A stretch of 64,000 bases of DNA, from NCBI GenBank assembly GCA_050575255.1, contig JBNZDD010013567.1:528842-592841 (forward strand), written 5' to 3'. Of this stretch, positions 24,101 through 35,928 are shown in pieces. Numbering within the stretch: the stretch's first letter is position 1; every line of letters starts with the position of its first letter. The position numbers and the translations under genes were made by a program. The notes beneath the pieces were generated by a model. That model ran no database searches and was not told the origin of the DNA. It saw only the letters and a program-made list of their open reading frames with translations. This stretch comes from Harriotta raleighana. Its lineage: Eukaryota.

Positions 24101-24460
24101 TTTAATTATAGAGCAAACTGGTGTGAATTCATGTGGATTGGTATTGTATGCAATGAATTGGAAAATGTGAAATGATTAACATTTGCGGGTTTGGGTTACA
24201 GTGTAGTCGTGGCAAAAACTGCTTGGCATACATGTATGTGCACGTCATAAAATGTTGATCAACTGCACTTTGGAAGATCAGGAATAACCTATTCAGTAAC
24301 GTCATTTGAAAGAACCATTAGTAGATCTCAGTATGCACTGAAGAAAGACTGGCCGATAACATTTGTACCAATCCATTTTCAAACCCAAAGCATTTATGTG
24401 AATGTTACAAAATTATATATTATATATTATATATATTAAAAACTGCTTCTCTTTCTGATC
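21176..24460 (+). other. ZNF469: Probable ZNF469 3' UTR with candidate polyadenylation signals
   Basis: U/AU-rich sequence after the stop codon. AATAAA at ~21890 and 24081-24086, and ATTAAA at 24435-24440 followed by a pyrimidine/U-rich tract. The true end is uncertain. Confidence 0.5.
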
Positions 24461-25559
24461 TTCTTCAATTTTTCAATTCTTGTTCCCTCATCATCTGTCT
24501 GTTTTTGCACTAGGACTCTCTGAAGCAAATAGGAAACACATATTGATAGTCAAACATTAGGCGTAGATTGGCGAGAGCCAAAACTTGGGTGTCCCATAGT
24601 GCGTGTCAGGATACTGGTGAAGTCTAACCGGCTAGAACTGCATTGCTTGCCATTGATATTGATGTCTGACAAGCTTTTCCACTGCTTATACAGCTAGGAT
24701 CACCTTACCCATTAGAGCTTTGGCTTGCAAGGTTAACAGGAGCTAAATGGTATGACTCCCTACCCCCATTGAGTGATATGCCCTTCCAGATCCTGCTGAT
24801 GAGTTGATGCCATCAGCCCAGCCAAGGAGGATAAATACAGCATAACTGGTAGAAAAACACTACTAATTCTCAGAGAGACAACCACCTCACTGCAGGGATC
24901 CAAGGATTATTTTACGACAAGTAGGGATTTATTAATTGCTCAAAATAAAAATTTGAATTCAGTTTACACGCTCCTTAAGTGACTCTTATACAAATACAAT
25001 TGCAACACTTGATGATAAAACTACAGCTCATCACAGCTCTCTTACACTGTCAATCTTAGCTGCATTGCTAGAAGAAGGTAGATGACATGGAATTTCCAGT
25101 TTGGTTTGGAGACTTTTAAGCATGTTGATGAGTTTCCGCATGTGTCAGACATCTAGCTGACCCAAACATTTTTTTGATAGTCCTTGACTTTGATACAGTG
25201 CCTTTCACATCAGGAAGATGTCTCAAAGCAAGTTACTGCAGTCACTGTAAAAAAAAGTTCTCGTGGGCAACTGTAGTAAGTTGAAGCCAAGAGATTCCCC
25301 AAAGGAAGGGAAGGAGGGAAAGACAGCACTTAAAACCATCAGCACACTGCTTAAATGCTTTAGAGCAGAACTGGTTGAAACTTCAAACACATTCTCCAAT
25401 TGATATGGATGGCCAGGATGTTGCAATGAAAAGAAAATGGTTTGCCCTCACTTTTGTTTTAGGAGAGAACATTACTGCTCTTTTCTCGTCATCATAATCA
25501 GCACAGGTTACAAATGTTTTTCTTCCTGTCAAAAGCAGGGGTTTCAATCCTTAGATATA

Positions 25560-25900
25560 TGGCAATTCTCAAGCTTTGATTTTCTTGCCAAGTGTCTGAT
25601 GTAGATGCTCAATGCCTCAAGTTCCTCAATACTTTTAATTAAATTGTAGAGATAACAAAGAAAACTATTTCTAAAGACCTAAGAGGAAGTTCTGTACTAC
25701 TTCCTGCCATCTCTTCCCATATAAGTCTGTGGAAGACATTTTTTTCACCTCATACTGATGTGTCACTCTGAAACATGGATGTGTGGTCAGCCTCACAACA
25801 GGTTTCTCTTGTTGCCAAAACCACTTAACCTAATTTCCTGGATCAAGCACTGGTGCCAAGCATCAAAAAGTTTGGTACATAGGATTTATGAGGATGCCAG
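25560..25900 (+). mobile_element. Degenerate RTE-clade LINE reverse-transcriptase C-terminal fossil
   Basis: Broken reading frames give SDVDAQCLKFLNTF (cf. DIDxRIxKAxxAF) followed by SETW (cf. LLYGSETW), in the order expected for RTE. Confidence 0.35.
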
Positions 25901-27499
25901 GATGTCTCTTTAATGTTCTTTTAACATTTCCAAATTATGCTTGCAAAACACATACTTGGCTAATACTCAAAGAAGTTGCTGTGTTCCATCAATCTTAATG
26001 CAGTCAATAATAGGCATGAATCTTTGTAACACTCACATTGATTGTGCCCAATAAATATTAAAAATAAAAACCTTAACTTTAATATTAGTCATGTAGGTTA
26101 TTTTCAGTCGTTATAACTCATACATCAGTCATCACTGATTCATTACAAGTTATTTGCCCTCTGTAACCCTTTCAGAATTTCTTCATCCTGCTTCTTCTCT
26201 CCCTGCCTTTAAAATCTTTTCTTAAGAAACAAAATTCATTGACCAGACCTTTGGTCAACAGCCTAATTCTCTCTTTACTCGCTGATTGGTGCTTGCTATC
26301 ACGTCTGTTAGGTATTTTGAGTCATTCATTCTATATGTGTGCATGTTTTTACGTTTTCCATTTCTAACATTGAGACAAATGCTCTTAAGATGCCGTCTTG
26401 AAGGTGTGAAGGGCACTATATAAATGCAAGCTTTTGTTGGTATTGTTATTACAGCCATACCACATTCAGCCAAACAAACCTTTTCCCAATGATCATTGGT
26501 TAGTGATTGTGCTGGTGAGTTATCTCAGAACTTGTCAATCTCAACAGCAGAATCCACAGATGTTCCAAAACGCTGATCAGAGCTCCACCATATATTGTAT
26601 ATATCCTTGGGTCTTGATTTTCTAGCTGTACCTCTGCTATGTCTGTGGTTACTGGTGATATCTCATTTTAGTGTGAGGCATTATGACTTGCAACGTTGCA
26701 CAAAAACAGGATATTTTTTGCCATTTACAATGAAAATGATTTGCAATCTGATAGCAACTGGAAATTAGATTTCCCTTACGTATGACACGATTTAAATTGT
26801 TTTAGATTATCAGATGACCCCCTAGAAGCTATCATATCCATTTATATGTTTGAGGTATTTTTGTCCAAAAAATGAACAATATTTCATGATTATCAGAGGA
26901 GTTTTTCCATTTGAAGAAAACCTTGTGTATAATGTATAATTGCTCAGATTCTCACCATGGATGATGTACAGCATTTATCCTACAGTCAATTTCTGAAGCT
27001 TGCTAAATTGTTTGCCTTTCTCCAAAGTAAAGTTGTTAAAACTTTGGAATATATTCTACGTGAAATTCAATTCTTTTGTCATTTACACGATAATGGTGTG
27101 GCTGCAATCTGCAACAATTAATCTATTTTTTTCCAATTGGAAATTGGACAGCAGGTACATCAAAGAAGATGCTTCCAATAATACTATTGTGTATCTTCAT
27201 TATTAATCCTTCTCATGCTGTGTCATGAATATTAAACTAACAAAAACCAGCAAACCACTCTAATTTGAAAATGTTTTGTTATTCAGAACTTTGATATATA
27301 AAAAACTATCAAGATTAAAAGGCACCGACTTGCAATAATTTGCAAAATAGCCTTAGGAGGTGATCTGTTGCTTAGGAGGTGCAGGTTGTTTTTTGTTGCA
27401 GCATTCACTTGAGGTCTCATGCTAAAACGCATCCATTGGGCAGACCAATAGATACAGACTGAGCCAAATTAACCTGTTCAAACTGAATTGTGTTCTTAA

Positions 27500-28232
27500 C
27501 ACTAAAATCAACTTATTTAATAATTGAATTTCACCAGTTTCTAAAATGTTGTAGATAGCTTCCCAACAACTCAGTATGTAACCACATTGCCATATTGTGT
27601 TCCCTCTTGACCAGACTGCCACGATATATTGTGCGTCAGGTATTTTAGCAAGACTAGAAGCATTACCATATTACCTATGTGAAGTTTTCAGCATAAACCA
27701 GTCATAATTTACCACAATGATGTGTGGATCTTAAATGAAGCCTTTTTGAATTTTTAGGTTTCTCTTCGCTAGCAATATATGTAGATTGATTTGTCAACAT
27801 CAAATACACCATTGTTGTCAAAATCTCTTTTTGATCACTAATCTCTGCAGCTGTAGTCTATACAATGTATTACCTTCAGATTTGATTACGTTTATTTTAA
27901 AACCACATATTGAACCATTAATAGACATCAAACTAATGGGAACTATTCTTGAAAAAAACATCTGCTTTGGCACAAGTTCACCTCCCACACGTTCCAGGGT
28001 TCATTCAATAGGAACAAGTAGACAAAGGAAATGTTTTGTTTGCAACAAGAATTCCAAAATATTTTGCTGCCGTGGTGGAGTACAGGAAATTGTGATTTAG
28101 GATTTTTGGTATTCGAGAACCAAGGAACAATGAGAGATCTTCTGACCACTTGGCTAAAGTTCAACACCTACAATTTTAGTAATACTGTACATCTGTAACT
28201 TACGTCTGTTCTTTGTGCAGTCGATAGTAGTG
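27500..28232 (+). mobile_element. Probable internally deleted piggyBac relic
   Basis: HSIGTSRQRKCFVCNKNSKIFCCRGGV (~28002-28082) resembles the piggyBac C-terminal cysteine-rich domain. A decayed YNxxMGGVDL-like stretch lies at ~27703-27732. Imperfect 13-bp inverted ends (10/13) are flanked by TTAA (27496-27499) and TTAG (28233-28236). Confidence 0.45.
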
Positions 28233-28244
28233 TTAGGTCGCACT

Positions 28245-28402
28245 TACTACAACAACGAAATCACATTTGTATAGTGTCTTTCACGTCAGGAGGACATTCC
28301 AAAGCACTGGACATTCAGTGTTTCAGACCCGAGCTGGCAACGGAATTGGGAAGAGGGGTGGAAGGGGGCTGACCAATGGCACGGTCGAAGAGGAGGATCT
28401 TG
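28245..28402 (-). mobile_element. L2 LINE 3' end fragment
   Basis: Homologous to 42889-43060 and to the reverse complement of 32500-32670, with a (CAA)n tail. Confidence 0.75.
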
Positions 28403-28929
28403 CCCTACAGTGTAAACATGTTTGGCACCAATTAGTTTAACTGTCTTCAAAATGGACACTTGGTAAACTCTTGGAGATTTTAATGCTACATTCAGATCAA
28501 GGTTCCAGACTGTCAGATCAATGCTCTAATCCTCTGGGCAACAACAGTTTTTTTGATCTTTTCCAAGTTTACAAAATGTTACCCAAACATGTGGCTGCCA
28601 GACAGTTTTGTGATGATGAGATCAAAGGAATCATTAACACAAAAATGGTCAATAAGGAAATTTTAAATCAATCAGTTCAAGGATTTGTAGCACATTCTGA
28701 CATTCTCTGCCATTAAAATCATGGAACTATGCAGAAGGCAATAAACACTACACTGCTTGGTCAAGTGTATCATTTGTTTCGTTGGCAGCTTTCCTGCTGT
28801 TTGAATAATGGCAAGAATTACAGTGCTAGCTGGATTCTCTGATAAAGGTTCTGTTCTAAAACCTTTTAATATGTTGTGTGCTGCAGCATGTTTTCCTGTT
28901 TTGTACCAGTTAGCTTTTGTATATTGTCT

Positions 28930-29308
28930 GGAGTCCTGTAGTTCGGCAGTTAGAGCACTCGCCTCTAAAACAAGAGACCTGGGTTTGATTCCCGGCAGAG
29001 CTAATTGTTAAGCAGGTTTCCTTACTCCTTACATGAGGAAATGTTTTCTTACATGCTTCAGTTTACCTAGCAGTGAGTAGGAACCCAGTTGTCAATTGGC
29101 AGATTGCTTTTCCAGGAGTAATAATTGCTTTAAAAAAATTGGTCCCTTCAATCCATGATTATTTGTGGAACACTCCTATGTGCTTTTAGCTGGCGTGTTC
29201 CACCCACAAAATATACAATCAATTCACTTATAGTACTGTATATTCTGTGAGGCTCTTTGAAATGTCTCAAAGAAGTGATAAAGCGCTAGACCGAATGCAA
29301 GGTTTTTT
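28930..29308 (+). mobile_element. Older tRNA-derived SINE with a longer CORE-like segment, Deu-like 3' part and L2-type tail
   Basis: GGAGTCCTGTAGTTCGGCAGTTAGAGCACTCGCC head, GGTTTGATTCCC B box, TGCTTCAGTTTACCTAGCAGTG CORE-like segment, then the same tail as the other copies. Confidence 0.75.
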
Positions 29309-29866
29309 AAAAAAAATTAAACATTACCTGCTTCAAGGATGAATAGATGTCCTACAATAATGTAAGCATTATTTATTACTGTATTATTATTTGTTTTGCT
29401 CCATCAGTACTGATACAAGTTTGTCATTCCAACATTTCTTCCATTAGTTAATATTTATTTGTCTCTGAGGCTGGGAAACTTTTGAGTTTCTTTTCTGAGC
29501 TGAGCCACAGAGAGTTGAATGATGAAACCCATGTCAAAAGGTCAAATTTAATTAGGTTCTGCCTCATACAATACATGATCCACACATATTGGACTACAGC
29601 CCAGATTGTTGAGAGCTTTAGTATTTTAGCTGGGACTTGGTTAGATTTCCAATGCAGTATAACACATTTATAGGCTGCAAATCACAGCACTTTGCGAAGA
29701 TTGGTTGTAGTGGGATGGCTGGCAGGCAGCCCAGACCAAAAAGCTTGGGTTCTGTTGGAATGTTGTATCTGCAATTCATTATAACCTCGAATGGTCAAAT
29801 ATGTTGTATTCTTCTATATTCCAAAAGTATTTGTACTACTAATTTAGTAGGGCATATATTTTGTCC

Positions 29867-29910
29867 ATACTAATTAACCCCGACTTGTAATTGTCGGGGT
29901 TAATTAGTAT
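29867..29910. repeat. Perfect inverted repeat with 18-bp arms and an 8-nt loop
   Basis: atactaattaaccccgac-ttgtaatt-gtcggggttaattagtat. Confidence 0.92.
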
Positions 29911-31834
29911 TAACCCTCTTTCTATAGAGCTTCATCGATAATTTGTGGCAAGGGATCAATTGTGTGCCTTCCATTCTGTTACAAACGATAACTAAGCCAA
30001 AAGCCCTCAACATGGCCTTCCAGATTTTATTATCTATCTCATCTTTCAAATATTCAGCTTGTTTTTGTCTTTCGTCCATTCACTTCTTTCTTTCATATCT
30101 TTCTTTCACTTTTTGTGTTTCCATTCATGGCTATTGCAGTGAAACAAAAGGACATATCTGCATATTGTCACACGGACAATTCCTGACATTCTCAACCAGA
30201 GCAAGTCTGGCTGCTTGTGCATGGGGTGGGGTGGGGGTGGGGGAGGGGGAAGGAGGTTGGGAAGTACAGATAATATAATTGTAGCAGACAGCTGTTTTGA
30301 ATACTGACATCTTAAGGGTTACTAAGATCTGGTACATTGAATCATAACAATATACAGTACTTCCAAAAACAACCTGCATTTATATTGGACCCTTCAAGTG
30401 GGGTAATGTCTCGGAGCATTTATTAATACTTCTCATATCAAAACTGTGGATGATAGTATTAATTGATATATCAATACATGGTCTGCATTCACTCACAGTG
30501 TTGAAAACACTGCCAATTAAAACTGTAAAATGAGTTTTCAAAATAAAAGCTTATTTATAAAGCAATTAATGATCAGAAATGTAAATTAGTGCAAATTACA
30601 GATAATTAGCAATAGCGTAAAGGACCACAACTAATAATTTTGCATATCATAATGCTTTAGACCTCAGTGAATGGAACCGCTGGCTTACATTACACTGTAG
30701 GAATCCAACATTAATTGTTCACGCATTGATAGGGGTAACGCTGTTTAATTTTTCAGAAACTGATAACATTAGGCAAGACACCTAGGGGGCATTCTTGGTG
30801 TGCGCTGAAACTGCAGGCACCATTTGTAAATAACAATAAGTATTTAATTTGATTAATTGATAGCATCATTTGGCCCCTTTTGTTTTTTTTCCAGCCTTAT
30901 ATGACTCGCATGTTTTTGCCATCAGCAGTGAACTGCAGAGAGAAGATAAAGCACAACATTCTATGAAAATGAATACATATGGTAAATTGTGGCTTAAATC
31001 TATGTGTTCAACTCCTCCTCTCTTTTAATATGCTAAGGTTATGCTGCTTTGTTGTTGAGCAAGCCATTGCTGTTTTCAGTAATATGAAAGTATCTCTTCT
31101 GCATCTCTGGTGTATCAGTATATTCATGAATATTGATTGGACCAATGCTCTCATAAACAGTATTTTCTTGCTCGACATCTAGCCTCTCTGGTTATCAGAC
31201 TCTCTGATCACAACTTGCCTATCAACAGCATGGAAATTATTCACAAGAAATACTCGAACTATCCTTTGTCTGAAATAACACACGCATGGAATAATTTTTT
31301 AAAAAATTCGGTTCCTTTTGGCCATCTTCAGAAATTAGCAGTTTATTTCTCAGTGTCTTTGGGTTCCTGCAATCATTTTGGATTTATTACATCTGTGTAT
31401 CAGAGAAAAAAAAGTTATTTTGGAATGCGTGTTTTGTTATCAGAGTTTATGTGCAATACAGTATTTATTCCACGTATGACAACATTCTGAGTGCTTACGT
31501 GCCAGGTTTAATCTTACGTTCCGAATTCATAGGCAGCTGTGTGTTCTCTCCCTTTCTCAAGGTTGCTCCCAGGACACAGCTTGCTTTGATAATTAAAATT
31601 GTTGCTGTTATTTTTGTGCAGCAGTCATCATGAGCGCTATGTGTATTTCTGCTTCTGATTTACTTGTAAGTATCGTCTGCAGGGTCTCTACTTTAAATAG
31701 TTTTTCGAGGGTTTCCTTTTCCATCCCTTTAACTCGCTCGGTCATATACCCTTCCCCAGTTTGCAAACTAACTTGCTAAAGGCCAGATAACTTGTGTGAT
31801 AGATTTACAAATCTCTTGCATCTACAACAATAAT

Positions 31835-32035
31835 TAAATAATAATTGCAACATTCGGGGAAAAGCACTCAACCATAATTGTCACTTGTAGTGACTACATT
31901 TGGAGAGAAATATGGCAGCTAGTTTGAACTCCCCAAGGTCTCACAAGCAGCCATGAAAAAATTGGCCAACTCTTCTGGAAAATTGTTGGCCAGGCCACTG
32001 GTAGAAATGCCAATTATTTTTAATCAGTGGGATCA
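31835..32035 (-). mobile_element. Old DeuSINE-like fragment
   Basis: gtagtgactacatttggagagaaatatggcagctagtttg...aaggtctcacaagcagc is the antisense of the Deu 3' segment. Confidence 0.5.
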
Positions 32036-32337
32036 GAAAAAAAAGCAATTGAATAACTGCAGATGGGATAATCTCCAGCAGTATTTTAATATGGATAAAT
32101 TAAGTAATCGACATTGGATAAAAAATGCAAATATAATATATAATAATAATACCAAACAGAGTGCATTGGCAAATGAATAAAGATTATTGACATTGCATTG
32201 AGAATAGACTTAACATAAATTAAACTGGATTCTTTTATAATTCATTTAGCAAGGCCAAATTGTGTAGTTGTAGGCACATTACCCACAAAAAGACATTGAT
32301 GCCGTCCACATGTTCAAGACTCGAGCATAACACCAGG

Positions 32338-32460
32338 ATAATAATAATAATAGCCCTTGCATTTGACAGAGCCCTTTATCACGTAATTGGAATGTCTCAA
32401 AAGAGCTTCCTGGGATATATTATAAAGTGGATCAACTGTGTATTGCGTGGGCAAAACATC
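32338..32460 (-). mobile_element. SINE 3'-tail fragment
   Basis: (ATA)n-cccttgcatttgacagagccctttatcacg...tgtctcaaaagagcttc. Confidence 0.65.
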
Positions 32461-32469
32461 TGAAAAATT

Positions 32470-32671
32470 GTCTTTTACAACTCCCCCTAGCCTCCTTCAA
32501 TCCCGCCTCAAGGCCCTTCTCTTTAACTGTGCCAGCAGTCACCCCCCTTTGCCTTCCATCCTCCCCGATTCCAACCCCAGCTTGGGTATGAAACACTTGA
32601 CTGTCCAGCACCTTGGGACTTTCTCTCGATGTGTAAGGTACTATACAAATGTAATTTTGTTGTTGTTGTTG
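32470..32671 (+). mobile_element. L2 LINE 3' end (end of ORF2, 3' UTR and (TTG)n tail)
   Basis: Encodes an ...SRLKALLF* like ending (cf. L2 SFKxxLKTxLF), followed by a C-rich UTR and gatgtgtaaggtactatacaaatgtaattttgttgttgttg. Confidence 0.8.
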
Positions 32672-34790
32672 CCCTTGCCCTTCATTTCCTTGCAATGTGT
32701 GATGTGGAAAACTGCAGTCACCTCTCTGGTATCAGGAATATTCCTTCCAATTGCCATTCCACTGCTTCTCCACCTGCCATCCTGTTAGATGGCAACATCC
32801 TCCTTGCTCTTGTGCGAGGAATAAAAAAAAGGCCACAAAAAAAGCCTAACATATTGTTACGGTGAGGGAGTAGAAAGAGGTAAAGTAATATAAACTGTTG
32901 TGAAGAGACGAGAAGAATGAACTGATAGCAACCGAGATATACCTATAGGAAAATAGACTAACACTCAGAGACACTTAGATAAAGATCAAAAGGCTCAGGG
33001 AGAGGTTGAAAAGTTGATGAATTGATGAACAGATCCAAGGATAGACCTGCACCATTTCCTCACAGAATACCTTACCACACACCATCAAGTCAGCTTTGCT
33101 CTCTCGGGGCAAGGCCACAGCTTTATCCTCTCTGAACTTCAGTGTTATCAACAGTTACAGTGAAACCACTAAATTATGGCAAAAATGTCCAAGAACCAAA
33201 GGGCACTGCAAAACAGCCAGAGAATCGCAAAAGACAATCACCGTCCGATGGAATGAATCATCCAGTGACACGAGCTGAAAGTAAATACAAAATGTTCAAC
33301 GTGAAGTGTCCAGTATTCAAATAGTGCAACTGGTTTCAAAATCTTTTTATTTAATAATCAATAAGAGTAACCCTTGCATTTGGTGTAGTTATCACGTCCT
33401 CAAAACACGTCAAAGTGCAAAGCTTTTTTTTGTGAAATGTAGTGATTGTGTGCTTGATCATCTCATCAGTTGAGTTTGTTTGAACTCCATTTAACCATTA
33501 TAACAGGTGTGAATACATTTTGTCCTATAGTCACTGATGGTTAACTATCTTTTGTAACGAGGCCCAGTGATAGTACAATGGGCACATTATTCACTTGGGT
33601 AGAAATTTGCTCTTTCGGAATGCCTTTCTCACAAAGAGAACCAGAAGCTGTATAAATACAATTTGTTGTTGTTGTTTTTGAAGTGAACAAGTTGATGCAA
33701 TGATATGATTAACGTGGGGATTTCTAAGGTGTGACAGCACCTTTTGGTATCTTTAATGTAAACCCACCTTGGTTCAGTTAGCAGTAAACAATTTAATCAG
33801 ATGCTCTTTTTACTACTTAATGCGTTGTAGATACTCAAAACTCGGGAAGAAACTCATCATGTGTTCGGAGAGAGACAGAAAAAAATTATGCTTGGTTTAA
33901 TTTATTCTATTTTCATTTAGCAAATACCAAAAGTGTTTTGTGTCATTTTGGTTTTGAAGCAGATTTCTGTCTCCGGGTTAAGTTCCTGCAGTACATTAGG
34001 ACATGAGGACTGGGCAGCAACTGAATTCAGAGCCAGGATTGGGCACTCTTCTTCAGGACCTGCTTGCCATTGTTAGGAATGTATTTAATTATGTATTTAA
34101 TTAATTAGTGGAGGCAGAACTGACCCCTGATGCAAGCTGAACTGCATCAGCGAAACACCACTTTATTTATCATAGTGGGGGCATGGGGGGGGGAGTCAGT
34201 GAAATGAATGCATCACCAGAGTGTCAAAGGATCATCCGATTCACATGCTAATTCCACTCAATCCGATAGTCATCTGTTTGGAATGCTGAACATTGTAAAC
34301 TCTGCCATGTCTCCCCGTTGGCCTTGGGTTCACCTCAGACCTTGATCTGAGACCTAACTGACTCGCCGTTCCAGTCACTAAACAAATATTCCCACACACA
34401 TAGAAAAATGAAATCTGGGGTTTGGACAAAAACACGCATTGCAGGAGAAGTTTATTCCTGAAGAGTTCTGGCTGACGCTTGTGCCTACGATTGCCAACTG
34501 CAAAGAATAATTGCACTGCCTGATGGCAGATTAGAAAAGATGTGTGCCTGTTTGTCATTGCCAGATCCCTGCAAGCGGTCTCATATATACATTTATAAAC
34601 AGCTAATCCTCAGAATTGTTCACTTATGATTTTCTAAAGGTATTTCCTGGACAAATTAAAAGTGACCACATTAAAACAAAAAAGAAACACTACAAATTCA
34701 ACATTGTTTTTAGGATTACTGCTAAGTAATTGTGAATACTTTTTTAAAAATGTAGAACTTGCGGACACTTACAAACTACAGTACCTATGA

Positions 34791-35130
34791 TAATAATAAT
34801 AATAATCATCCTTGCATTTGATATAGCGCTTTTCACATCTTATCAACATCCCAAAGCGCTTCACAGAATATACTGTAAAGTGAAGTGACTGTATATTTGT
34901 GGGCGGAACAAGGCAGCCAATTGCGCACAGCAGCGTCCCACAAACAGTCGTGGATTGAAATGACCAATTTTATTATTGTGAGTTTTTTTGGGAGGGATTA
35001 TTATTAGGCATGTGGAGTAAGGAAACTTGCCCAAGGTTTCGCCCTGATCTGCCTGGATTCGAACACAGGTCTCATGCTTGTAAGGTTATAAGGCGAGTGC
35101 TCTAACCACTGAGCCACAGGAGCCACAGGA
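34791..35130 (-). mobile_element. Young full-length tRNA-derived SINE
   Basis: A box TGGCTCAGTGG, B box GTTCGAATCC, CCTTGGGCAAGTTTCCTT CORE-like segment and (TTA)n tail. Very similar to the 59256-59590 copy. Confidence 0.9.
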
Positions 35131-35145
35131 TCTCAAAAGTGTGCC

Positions 35146-35262
35146 AATAATAATAATAATAATAATCCTTGCATTTAATATAGCGCTTTTCACTTCTTCT
35201 AGACATTTCAAAGCACTTCACAGAATATACTGTGAAGTGAATTTACTGTATATTTGTGAGCG
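35146..35262 (-). mobile_element. SINE 3' fragment
   Basis: (AAT)n-ccttgcatttaatatagcgcttttcac...cacagaatatactgtgaagtgaa. Confidence 0.85.
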
Positions 35263-35469
35263 ATAAAGGTATCAATAAGGCAACAATGTCCTTCGGCAAA
35301 CAAAAGCTCAAAGTTTGAAAAGGCTGAAAAAAAATCTCCCAATCTGCTATTGAGAATATTACTCTGGTGCAGCAGAGAGTGCTCTTAGGTTTGAGCAATG
35401 GTGAACTCTAATATTAAATACAAGACCTAAGAATAGCCTACCTGACTTTAACTGTTACTGTGGATAGCA

Positions 35470-35592
35470 GTTAGCACAAATCTACAGTATTTCAATTAAC
35501 TTTACAGTATATTCTGTGAAGCATTTTGAGACATCTTGATGATGTGAAAAGCGCTACAGTATATCAAATGCAAGAATTAGTATTATTATTAT
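35470..35592 (+). mobile_element. SINE 3' fragment
   Basis: actttacagtatattctgtgaagc...gatgtgaaaagcgct...atcaaatgcaag-(TTA)n. Confidence 0.8.
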
Positions 35593-35759
35593 TTCAATGT
35601 GATGCTCAAATATTGAAGAAAATAATGTACTGGCTCCAAGCATAGAATGTATCTATATAACTAATCAATGGTACAGTCAATTAAAATTTTCATACATAAG
35701 AGATTCTATTTCCAGTTTCAATCTGTTAATTAAGCTGTACAATGCCTCAATGTTTAAAT

Positions 35760-35928
35760 AACAATTGGTCATTTGTTTCATGGTGATTTGTGGGATATTG
35801 CTGTGAGCAATTGTGCTTTTGCATTTGCCTACAAATACAGAGTCACTCCATTTCATATGAAATCCTGTGAAGTGCTTTGAGACATTCTTGCAACCTGAAA
35901 GGCGCAATATCAAATGCAAGGATTATCT
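35760..35928 (+). mobile_element. SINE 3' half (Deu-like segment and tail)
   Basis: ttggtcattt...ttgtgggatattgctgtgagcaattg...tgaaaggcgcaatatcaaatgcaaggattat. Confidence 0.8.

Noticed and set aside
24796-24830. CTGATGA followed by a small stem, resembling a hammerhead core
   Set aside because: There is no GAAA after stem II and no stem I/III pairing.
30222-30262. G-run tract (also 58110-58145) with G-quadruplex potential
   Set aside because: Such tracts are common in this genome type and have no supporting context here.
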